Under the pieces are notes generated by a model, which was given only the letters and a program-made list of their open reading frames with translations, was not told the origin of the DNA and did not search any database. 64,000 nt of DNA from Candidatus Segetimicrobium genomatis (GTDB lineage Bacteria > Sysuimicrobiota > Sysuimicrobiia > Sysuimicrobiales > Kaftiobacteriaceae): the NCBI GenBank assembly GCA_005888595.1, contig VBAL01000112.1:24353-88352 (forward strand), read 5' to 3'. The position numbers and the translations under genes are program-made. Shown piece by piece: positions 43,858 through 51,313 of this stretch (the stretch's first letter is position 1; each line of letters opens with the position of its first letter).

Positions 43858-46676
43858 CGTCTGCCTCCGGACCGTTCACGCGCGAAGAACTCGAGAAACT
43901 CGCCCATCGTCTTGCGGATCGCCTCGATGTCAGTAAGGTTGGCGAATGTAGCGTTTGGGTAACGCCGGGCGCCATCCTGGACGTACTCCGAGAAACCTCC
44001 CACGCCGCGGCCACCAGGATTGACGTGGCCGTAGCAGACCATATCGAACCGGCTCAGGGCCTCTTCGTACCGGCGCTTGGCGAGGTCGAAGTCGCCTGAG
44101 GACGTTTCACCATCGGTGAAGACGAACAGAAACTTGTCGTGCTCGGTGACCCCGTGGAGCAACTCCATGGCCCTTTCGAAGCCCGCCGAGATGTGGGTGC
44201 CCCCGGACGACTCTACGCAGAAAAACTCGTCACGGGTCTTCTCTTCGGCCACGTCCTGGAATACGACGTAACGCCGAAGGTTCGTTGGGTAGCGGCGCTC
44301 CAGATAGTACCAGAGCACGAAGATGGTCTTGCGCACCAGGGCGAGATATTCTCCCCGCATCGACCCGGAGATGTCCAGCACGTAGACCTCCAGGGAGCGG
44401 TGGTTCTCATAGGCGGCCGGATCTTCCACAAAGTACCAGCCGTCCTGGGCCAGCTCCACGTCGTACTCGGCCGTCCCCCGCTCCCGGATGTTCCGGAGCA
44501 AGGACTGCACCATCGTCTCCTCCAGGTTCAGGTCCGGCCGCAGGCCGATCCGGTCGAGGTCGTCCAGATCCGGCAGGGCGTCGGTCTGAACCTCTCCGCT
44601 GCGCGACGGCTCGTGGAACACCGGCAGCTCAATTTCCTGCAGCAGCACTTCCTGCGCCAAACGGACAAACTCGTCAAAATCCAATTCGACCTTGATCTCG
44701 CGGCCGTGGTGGTCCCCGCCGAGCAGTCCACCCAACACCTGGATCTCCTCATCGCCGGTCTGGCCGGACCCGCCTGCACCGCCCTTGCCGCCCCGGCCGG
44801 TGCCGCGGGCCAGCACCGGGGCATCCTCCCCATACTTGAGGGTGGGTAGGTCCAGCGTGGCAATCTGCGTCTTGACCTTGCCGTCGATGATCAGTTCTTT
44901 CTGCTGGATGAGCTCATTGAGGTGCTGCTTCAAATACTCGCGCAGCAGCTGGTCGTGCTTGTGTTGGGCGATATGGCCCCGATGGATTCTCATGCTCTCG
45001 CCTTTTAGCTCCACCAACGTCAAGGCCCGTCTATCGCGTCTATTGCGTCTGTCGCGACTTCTGCTGTGGGACGCGAAAGACGCGATGATGGCGCTGCGGT
45101 ATAGCACCTTCAGCAGCTCCTGACTCTTCGTATCGAGCTCCTCGCTCTTCTCGTATAGCCGCAGCAAATTCTTGATCTTGTTGAACACGATCTCGTTGAT
45201 GACCGGGCGCAGGTGCTCGTTGTCCTTGTAACTCATGCGCAGCATCTCGTCCTTGCGCTCCAGCAGCACGTTCTCGAACGCCACCCGGCCCTGGCGGCTG
45301 ATCTGCCGCTTGGCCACCATGATCCCCTCCACCTCATCCACCAGTTCCTTCTCCGTGCTCGAGAGCGGCTCTCCGGCCACGTTGCGGGAGGCCGCTTCCA
45401 GGTAGTTGAGATACAGGTTCTGGCCGTAATCGTAGAAGTGGGTCGGCACGATCTCCTCAACGATGAGGTCGATCTTCTTGTTGATGAACTCCACCTTGGT
45501 CTCCTCAAATTGCTTGAGGAGCTCCTTGAGGTTGAGATCCTTCATGGACTGGTGCTCGAATGTACGCTCCACGGCCGCGGAGATGATGTCCAGGTCCACG
45601 CACTTCCCCGCCAGGGTGTAGGCGTACGAGAAGGCGTCTTCGAAGAACCGCGGCGACAGCCCCCGCAGCCCCTGCGACTCCTCGCGCGTCTTCAACGCAT
45701 AGCGGGCGGCGAGTTCGTACACATCCCCGGGGACGTGCTTCTCCTCGTCGCGGATGCGGTTGGCCCGCTCCACCAGCGTCTTGTAGATCTTCTTTTCCCC
45801 CTCCGCGTCGACGTTGTAGGGGAAGTCGATCTTGTGGATGCGGCCGCGCAGCGGCTCCATGATGTCCTCAGAGACGAACACCAGGTACTCGGGATAGTTA
45901 GTGTGGCCGATAACCACCTCGTCGACGTGCACCGTCGGGAAGTTGGCCAGGTCGATGCGCTTGGACTGAATGAGCTCCAGCAACAACGACAGCAGCTGGC
46001 GGCGGCTCTTGAAAACCTCCGTCCAATCCAGAATGCCGCGGTTGCCCCAGATGATCTTCCCCTCGAAGTCGTATGCCTCCGGATCGTAGGTGGAACCGCG
46101 CTCCTTCAGCATCGCGAAGTTGATGTTGCCCACGAAGTTGGTGATGTCTTCGCGGCGCAGGTCGGTGGGCGTGTGCTTGGCGACCCCGATCTTGTCCCTC
46201 GCGGAGATGTAGATGCGTTCCACCGGGAGGCGCTTCCACCCGCCCTCCCGGGCCGACAGCCGGTCGCAGACCGGACAGGGCACCGCTTCCTCGTGCCAGT
46301 GCAATCCGTGCTCCTCCCGTGCGTCCGGCGGGACGAGGTCGAAGGGATGCTGGTGGAAGGGGCATCCCTGAATCGCATACACCGCGCCGTCGGCCGTATG
46401 AGAGTACTCCTCCAGCTTGCGCTTGAGATGATCCACGGTCATCGACTTGCCGGATCCCTGCGGACCCACCAGCAGCAGGAGGCGCCGCTCCATGGACATG
46501 GAGTGCGCACGGAAGAAGGCCATGATCGCCTCCAGTTGCTTCTCCATACCGTAGATGCCTTCGAAAACGCGATCGCGGCCGTAGAACTCAATCATGTCGG
46601 AGATGTAGTGGTGGGTGGTGCGCCGCAGCCGCCGGTCGTGGCGCGCCTCCTGGAGAAATTCCTGCACCGTATTCAT
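43815..46676 (-). CDS. prkA: PrkA-type AAA+ Ser protein kinase fused in frame to a YhbH/YeaH (DUF444, vWA-like) protein
   Basis: Single 953-aa ORF. Residues 1 to about 535 are PrkA-like (LLLVGPQGSGKSM Walker A). Residues 562-953 begin MRIHRGHIAQHK (ATG at 44993), are collinear with B. subtilis YhbH, and match its length (392 aa). The 26-aa linker is encoded by a 9-mer repeat hairpin. Confidence 0.8.
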   Translation of the reverse strand: MNTVQEFLQEARHDRRLRRTTHHYISDMIEFYGRDRVFEGIYGMEKQLEAIMAFFRAHSMSMERRLLLLVGPQGSGKSMTVDHLKRKLEEYSHTADGAVYAIQGCPFHQHPFDLVPPDAREEHGLHWHEEAVPCPVCDRLSAREGGWKRLPVERIYISARDKIGVAKHTPTDLRREDITNFVGNINFAMLKERGSTYDPEAYDFEGKIIWGNRGILDWTEVFKSRRQLLSLLLELIQSKRIDLANFPTVHVDEVVIGHTNYPEYLVFVSEDIMEPLRGRIHKIDFPYNVDAEGEKKIYKTLVERANRIRDEEKHVPGDVYELAARYALKTREESQGLRGLSPRFFEDAFSYAYTLAGKCVDLDIISAAVERTFEHQSMKDLNLKELLKQFEETKVEFINKKIDLIVEEIVPTHFYDYGQNLYLNYLEAASRNVAGEPLSSTEKELVDEVEGIMVAKRQISRQGRVAFENVLLERKDEMLRMSYKDNEHLRPVINEIVFNKIKNLLRLYEKSEELDTKSQELLKVLYRSAIIASFASHSRSRDRRNRRDRRALTLVELKGESMRIHRGHIAQHKHDQLLREYLKQHLNELIQQKELIIDGKVKTQIATLDLPTLKYGEDAPVLARGTGRGGKGGAGGSGQTGDEEIQVLGGLLGGDHHGREIKVELDFDEFVRLAQEVLLQEIELPVFHEPSRSGEVQTDALPDLDDLDRIGLRPDLNLEETMVQSLLRNIRERGTAEYDVELAQDGWYFVEDPAAYENHRSLEVYVLDISGSMRGEYLALVRKTIFVLWYYLERRYPTNLRRYVVFQDVAEEKTRDEFFCVESSGGTHISAGFERAMELLHGVTEHDKFLFVFTDGETSSGDFDLAKRRYEEALSRFDMVCYGHVNPGGRGVGGFSEYVQDGARRYPNATFANLTDIEAIRKTMGEFLEFFARERSGGRRWTRIAKSSTASKR
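45028..45091. repeat. Tandem 9-mer hairpin (CGTCTATYG family) inside the prkA-yhbH junction
   Basis: cgtctatcg cgtctattg cgtctgtcg at 45028-45054. ATCGCGTCT at 45033-45041 is complementary to AGACGCGAT at 45079-45087. Read through in frame as SRSRDRRNRRDRR. Confidence 0.75.
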
Positions 46677-46791
46677 GACCGCCTCGCTCCCCTCGCCGTC
46701 GCCCTCAGCAGGCCGGCGCCTGTGAAGACGTACCGCAACCCGATGCCTGTTCTCATGCCCGTCTCCTGCAACCCTCAGTCACTCGCGGCAG

Positions 46792-46843
46792 CCCAAAACG
46801 CAAGGACCCAGCCGCAGGAATCTGGCGGTGCTGGGTCCCTTGC
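46792..46843 (-). terminator. Rho-independent terminator between the metal-regulator operon and prkA
   Basis: Minus strand: GCAAGGGACCCAGC-accgccagattcctgcg-GCTGGGTCCTTGC, followed by GTTTTGGG. Confidence 0.6.
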
Positions 46844-47055
46844 CACTACGTTTACAACTGGGTGACTGCCGGCGGCGCCGCATGGTCGCATCGAATACGC
46901 TGCGTCCCCTCCTGCGAAGTCGGGTGCGATGTCAGGTGCGTCGTGTATTTGTTATCGCGGCCGTCAAGCGCCGCTGCCAGCCGTGTGACACGACGACAGC
47001 GACCGGTCCAGTGACTTGGTGGGAAGTATACTGGCCTCTGCGGGGGGCTGTCAAA

Positions 47056-47733
47056 TCATACCGCCGAGCGGTGCACCGTCGCCGGTTCGAGCGCAACATA
47101 CACGGCGTGAGCCTGATCGAACGAGACCTCTCGGGATGCCTGTTCGGTCCGTACCCGCATCGAACCATCGGCGGCCACATCGATCACTTCCACCAGCGCG
47201 CCCGGCAGCAGCCGCGCCTCCGACAGCCCACGCAGTACCGAAGGAACGCTGTCCCTCAGGCGCACAACCACGCCACGCTCGCCTTGGTGCATGTCCGAGA
47301 GCAGCGGATGATGCATCGCTTCGACGGCGCCTTCGCGGGTGGGGATGGGATCGCCGTGCGGGTCGTAGGTCGGATCGCCCAGCGACTGCGCAATACGCTC
47401 CTCGAGTTCTTCCGAGATGACGTGCTCTAACCGTTCGGCCTCCGCGTCGACACGGTCCAGGCCGACGCCCAGGTGGCGGGCCAGGTAGAGCTCGATCAGC
47501 CGGTGATGGCGGATCACCTCCAGAGCGATCTTCTCGCCACCCGAGGTGAGCTGCACCGCGTGGTACGGCGTATGATCCACCAGCTGCAATCGCGCCAGCT
47601 TTTTGATCATGTTCGACGCCGAGGCAGGCGCTACGTTCAGGCGCGCCGCGACGGCGTTCGTCGTCACCACCTCACCGGCCTGGCGGAGCTTGTAAATCAC
47701 CTTCAAATAATCTTCGATGGCTTGCGTTAACAT
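47056..47733 (-). CDS. DtxR/MntR-family metal-dependent transcriptional regulator with a FeoA/SH3-like C-terminal domain
   Basis: IEDYLKVIYKL...TTNAVAARLNVAPASASNMIKKLARLQLV...GGEKIALEVIRHHRLIELYL...DAEAERLEHVIS. Confidence 0.88.
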   Translation of the reverse strand: MLTQAIEDYLKVIYKLRQAGEVVTTNAVAARLNVAPASASNMIKKLARLQLVDHTPYHAVQLTSGGEKIALEVIRHHRLIELYLARHLGVGLDRVDAEAERLEHVISEELEERIAQSLGDPTYDPHGDPIPTREGAVEAMHHPLLSDMHQGERGVVVRLRDSVPSVLRGLSEARLLPGALVEVIDVAADGSMRVRTEQASREVSFDQAHAVYVALEPATVHRSAV

Positions 47734-47734
47734 C

Positions 47735-47763
47735 GTGATTCGTGACTCGTGATTCGTGATTCG
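47735..47763. repeat. Solo arm of the GTGATTC heptamer family
   Basis: gtgattc gtgactc gtgattc gtgattc g, between the ZIP stop and the regulator start. No complementary arm nearby. Confidence 0.7.
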
Positions 47764-47776
47764 ACCCAGACGGACA

Positions 47777-48946
47777 TCAGGCAGCTACAAACAACCCCGT
47801 CACATACATCACCAAGAGTCCGGCCGTAAATCCGGCCACTTGATAGCCGAGGGGCGGCCGTTCCCCGAGCATGAGCTTCAGCAGTTCGTAGACCACCTGG
47901 AAGATGGCGCCGGCGCCGACGGCGAGAAACAGCGTGGCCAGGACCGGTGAGTAGTTGAGACCGCCGATCCAGCTCCCCAGGATTGTTGGGACGCCGGCGA
48001 GAACGCCGAGTAGGGCCAGCGTGCGCACGGCCGGCCGGTCGCGCGCAATCGGCGCCACGATCCCCAGTCCCTCGGTGGTGTTGTGGATCGTAAACCCCAG
48101 CACCAGGAATGTTCCCAGGGCAATCTTTCCCAGGCTGTACGCAGCGCCGATGGCCAGCCCCTCGCCCAGATTGTGCAGCCCGATGCCCAGCGCGATCAGG
48201 AAGGCGATCGCCAGTCTGCGCTGGGCCGCGTCTGCGCCCGACGTCACTCGGCGGCTGACCGCAACCAGGATGAGCACCGTGACCACCAGGCCGACGAGTA
48301 CCAGCCCCACGCCTTGAAAAGCGGGGGGCAGCGTGCCGGCCGCCTCGAGCGCATCGTGGACGGCCTCAACTCCCAGGAAGAGCAGCAGCCCCGCGGTCAG
48401 GCTGAGGAAGAAGGCGATCCATCGTTGATCCAGTTGGCGCAAGAACGGGAACCACAGCAGCCCCAACAGCACGGGGATGACTCCCACATAAATACCGAGC
48501 AGGGTAAACGTCGCCAGGTACCGGGCATCTACGGTCGGGGTTGCCGTGGCGACCTCGATGGTGTGCTCAAACGTAAGCCCGGTCGACGAAACCAGCTTGA
48601 GGTGGTGCGTCTCCCCCTCTACCCACGGATAGGGCAACGTGATGATGGCCTGCCCGAGCCGCGGCACCGTGTGGCCCGGCTGCATCGAGAACTCCCAGTA
48701 CGCCTGGTCGACCATGACCTGCGCCACTGTCACCGGCTGGGGCCCGCCGTTGGTGACGTGGATGGCCATCTTCCCCGGGGCCAGCGAGACCCGATCGATA
48801 GTCAGCTCTTCTACCGGCGGGAACGCTTTAATGAAGACTCCCAACGGGCCGAAGCGCACCAGCACCGCCACCAGCACGATCAGCAGCAGGAGCGGCACCA
48901 GCGCCCACAGCCACCGGCGGGCGAGCGAAGGTTTAGACGTCGTCAT
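47777..48946 (-). CDS. ZIP-family metal transporter with an N-terminal extension of about 130 aa
   Basis: ZIP core GIGLHNLGEGLAIGAAY and FTIHNTTEGLGIVAP. The N-terminal TM segment plus soluble domain is not typical of ZupT-size proteins. Confidence 0.8.
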   Translation of the reverse strand: MTTSKPSLARRWLWALVPLLLLIVLVAVLVRFGPLGVFIKAFPPVEELTIDRVSLAPGKMAIHVTNGGPQPVTVAQVMVDQAYWEFSMQPGHTVPRLGQAIITLPYPWVEGETHHLKLVSSTGLTFEHTIEVATATPTVDARYLATFTLLGIYVGVIPVLLGLLWFPFLRQLDQRWIAFFLSLTAGLLLFLGVEAVHDALEAAGTLPPAFQGVGLVLVGLVVTVLILVAVSRRVTSGADAAQRRLAIAFLIALGIGLHNLGEGLAIGAAYSLGKIALGTFLVLGFTIHNTTEGLGIVAPIARDRPAVRTLALLGVLAGVPTILGSWIGGLNYSPVLATLFLAVGAGAIFQVVYELLKLMLGERPPLGYQVAGFTAGLLVMYVTGLFVAA

Positions 48947-50132
48947 CGCCGGTCACCTCAAACACACCCATCCACCCCAACTCGGTAAACTCACTCTGGT
49001 GGGCGTGGAACATGAAGCGCCCCGCGTATGGGAATCGCACCTCCAGAATTGCCCGCTCCGCCTGACACAGCATGATCGTGTCCGTATACTCCGAGGGAAC
49101 GAGCGACGTGCCCGTGCGATATACATGGAAGAAGTTCCCGTGGATATGTATGGAGTTGATGGGATCGAACTCTGTCATGTTGACCACGTAGATGCGCACG
49201 AGCTCGTTGCGTTTTACCCGGATAGGATGCTTTGCGTAGTGGAAGGCCACGGTATTGACGGCATAGACTTCGTTCTCACCGTCGAAGTTGGTATCGAACG
49301 CGTTCATCACCATAACCAGCTCCCGTGCCGGCGGCCGGCCCTGCCGGGGGTCGATGATGAACATCCCGTACAGCCCTTTGTGGATATGGCGCTTCAGCGG
49401 CAGAGTATGACAATGGTACTGGTGCAGCCCGAACGGGATCGCGTCGAACTCGTAGGTGAACGACCCGCCCGGGGGAATTTCGCCTGGGCCGACCCCCGGC
49501 ACCCCATCCATCTCCGCCCTGTGGATCCCGTGGAAGTGCATGGTGTGGGGGTGGGTCCCGGCATTGACGAACTGAATCCTCACGCGGTCGCCCTCGCGGA
49601 CACGCAGCGTCGTCCCCGGGACCGTCCCGTTGAAGGTCCAGGCCGGGAAGAAGATGCCCGGGGCGATCTCAATCTCCCGATCGTGGGCCACGACTTGGAA
49701 CTTGCGAAGCGTCCGGCCGTTAGGGAGCTGGCTGACCTTGCCCCGATCGAACTGCGTCAAAAAGGGCACCGGGTCATAGGCCATGCGTTTTGTGTCTACC
49801 TCGCCGACGGCGATGTTGCCTGAATGCCCCAACCCATGCTGGCCGCTGTGACCCGGGGACGTAATAAGCGGGGCGGCGGCCGCCAGCCCCGTACCACTCG
49901 GCGTGGTTCCGTCGCGCAGCCCACGAGCCAAGTTCGCCAATGGGTACGGGGCCAGCCTGGGCGCCACGGCGGCCACAGCCAAACCCCCCACAACCCCGAC
50001 ACCCGCGCGGATGAACTCGCGCCGGCTCGGGTCGGGGACATCTGGAACAGCGGCTACATCCGTGCGCAGACCCCGCCGGCGACCTATGCGGGCTATCCTC
50101 GCGGCCAGCCTCTCCAGAAATGTCACGCCCAT
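48933..50132 (-). CDS. Multicopper oxidase family protein with a Tat signal
   Basis: Twin-arginine motif SRREFIRAG. Copper ligand motifs HPHTMHFHGIH, YHCHTLPLKRHIHKGLYG and FMFHAHQSEF. Confidence 0.8.
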   Translation of the reverse strand: MGVTFLERLAARIARIGRRRGLRTDVAAVPDVPDPSRREFIRAGVGVVGGLAVAAVAPRLAPYPLANLARGLRDGTTPSGTGLAAAAPLITSPGHSGQHGLGHSGNIAVGEVDTKRMAYDPVPFLTQFDRGKVSQLPNGRTLRKFQVVAHDREIEIAPGIFFPAWTFNGTVPGTTLRVREGDRVRIQFVNAGTHPHTMHFHGIHRAEMDGVPGVGPGEIPPGGSFTYEFDAIPFGLHQYHCHTLPLKRHIHKGLYGMFIIDPRQGRPPARELVMVMNAFDTNFDGENEVYAVNTVAFHYAKHPIRVKRNELVRIYVVNMTEFDPINSIHIHGNFFHVYRTGTSLVPSEYTDTIMLCQAERAILEVRFPYAGRFMFHAHQSEFTELGWMGVFEVTGDDDV

Positions 50133-50163
50133 ACTTGGGAGCCCCCCTGGCTGACTTAGCCGA

Positions 50164-50213
50164 GACTAATTTAGTCTAGACTAAAATACTATCAGTCTTT
50201 GGAGGCACGTCAA
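50164..50213 (-). promoter_or_regulatory. Candidate promoter with an overlapping palindromic operator upstream of the MCO-ZIP-regulator operon
   Basis: Minus strand: TTGACG (50213-50208), a 16-nt spacer, then TAGTAT (50191-50186). A perfect 16-bp palindrome TTTAGTCTAGACTAAA (50170-50185) follows immediately, with a third half-site AGACTAA at 50164-50170. Confidence 0.5.
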
Positions 50214-50220
50214 GGGGTTT

Positions 50221-51141
50221 CTAGCGTTTGGTCGAGCAGCGGGGACAATTCGGGCCGCATGGCTCCACGTGAATCGTGATGTCAGCGCCCGGCAGGTCCG
50301 AGCGGATATGTTCTTCAAGATGGTCGCACAATGCGTGCGCCTGGCCCACAGACAATGTCCGGTGGAGCACGAGGTGAAGGTCTAGGAAACGCTGGACGCC
50401 GGTCTTGCGGGCGCGCAGCGCATGGTACTCCACAATGTCCTCGCGGTGAGCATCGAGGATCTGCCGGATCCGTTCTACCTCGTCGGCCGGCAGGCTGGGA
50501 TCCATCAGTCCACCGATGGCGCGGCGGGAGACGTCGACCCCGATCTGCAGGATATGGAGCGACACGACCGCGCCGACCAGCGGATCAAACCGTTGGAACC
50601 CCGTGAGACGAACCAGCGCAACACCCACGAAGACCGCCACCGAAGTAAGCACGTCGGCTTGCAGATGCCGCGCATCGGCCTCCAGGGCAATGGAGTGCGC
50701 GTCCCGTGAGACCCGCATCAGCAGGCGGGCGGTAAGATAGTTGGCCACGGTGGCTGCCGCAAGGACGATGAGCCCGGCGTCCAGTGACCGCAGCGGAACT
50801 GGATTGAGCAGCCGCTGAATGGCCGTCGTTAAGATCCACGCGCCGGCGATGAAAATAAGCGCCCCTTCCGTGGCGCTGCTGATGTATTCAGCTTTGCCGT
50901 GGCCGTACTGATGGGTGGCGTCGGGCGGTTGCACGGCAACGAGCAGGCTGGTCAAGGCCACGTTCGCGGCAACAACGTTGACCACAGACTCCACCGTATC
51001 GGAGAGAATTGCCACCGAGCCGGTGATCAGGTACGCGGCGTACTTGCACGCCAGGATGCCGAGGCTGGCCGCGACCGATATCGCCGCGGCACGCACCTTG
51101 GGAGTCCGCAGTGCCGTAAGCCTCGTGAATACCTGCTTCAT
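50221..51141 (-). CDS. Cation diffusion facilitator (CDF) family transporter
   Basis: Six TM helices. SDTVESVVNVV and HLQADVLTSVAV motifs. Cytoplasmic C-terminal domain. The ATG at 51141 (MKQVF...) is preferred; the longest ORF extends to 51219, into a repeat arm. Confidence 0.85.
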   Translation of the reverse strand: MKQVFTRLTALRTPKVRAAAISVAASLGILACKYAAYLITGSVAILSDTVESVVNVVAANVALTSLLVAVQPPDATHQYGHGKAEYISSATEGALIFIAGAWILTTAIQRLLNPVPLRSLDAGLIVLAAATVANYLTARLLMRVSRDAHSIALEADARHLQADVLTSVAVFVGVALVRLTGFQRFDPLVGAVVSLHILQIGVDVSRRAIGGLMDPSLPADEVERIRQILDAHREDIVEYHALRARKTGVQRFLDLHLVLHRTLSVGQAHALCDHLEEHIRSDLPGADITIHVEPCGPNCPRCSTKR

Positions 51142-51168
51142 CGTTGTGAGTCTATCACACGGCCCAAG

Positions 51169-51203
51169 TGACCAGGGAACCGGGGGAACCAGGGACCAGG
51201 AAT
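51169..51203. repeat. Solo arm of the GGGAACCA family
   Basis: gtgaccagggaaccgggggaaccagggaccaggaa. Confidence 0.65.
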
Positions 51204-51313
51204 CGCTTATTCGTGTCATCCTCTATGTCAACGCGTCACTTGATACGCTCCGGGGGCAGACGATACAGTGAGAGCAACTGCTATGAACGCAGCGTGAACG
51301 CTGAGATGATGAT

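Noticed and set aside
46844-47055. Possible small gene or promoter in the 380-bp gap between the DtxR-family regulator and prkA.
   Set aside because: The only candidate is a 37-codon ORF whose Shine-Dalgarno sequence is too far from the start, and it overlaps the terminator hairpin. I found no convincing sigma-70 or sigma-54 promoter.
51284-51301. Direct repeat TGAACGC-agcg-TGAACGC just upstream of fadN, considered as a possible FadR-type operator.
   Set aside because: It is too short, and it is not palindromic like the known Bacillus FadR boxes. It cannot be distinguished from chance without comparative data.
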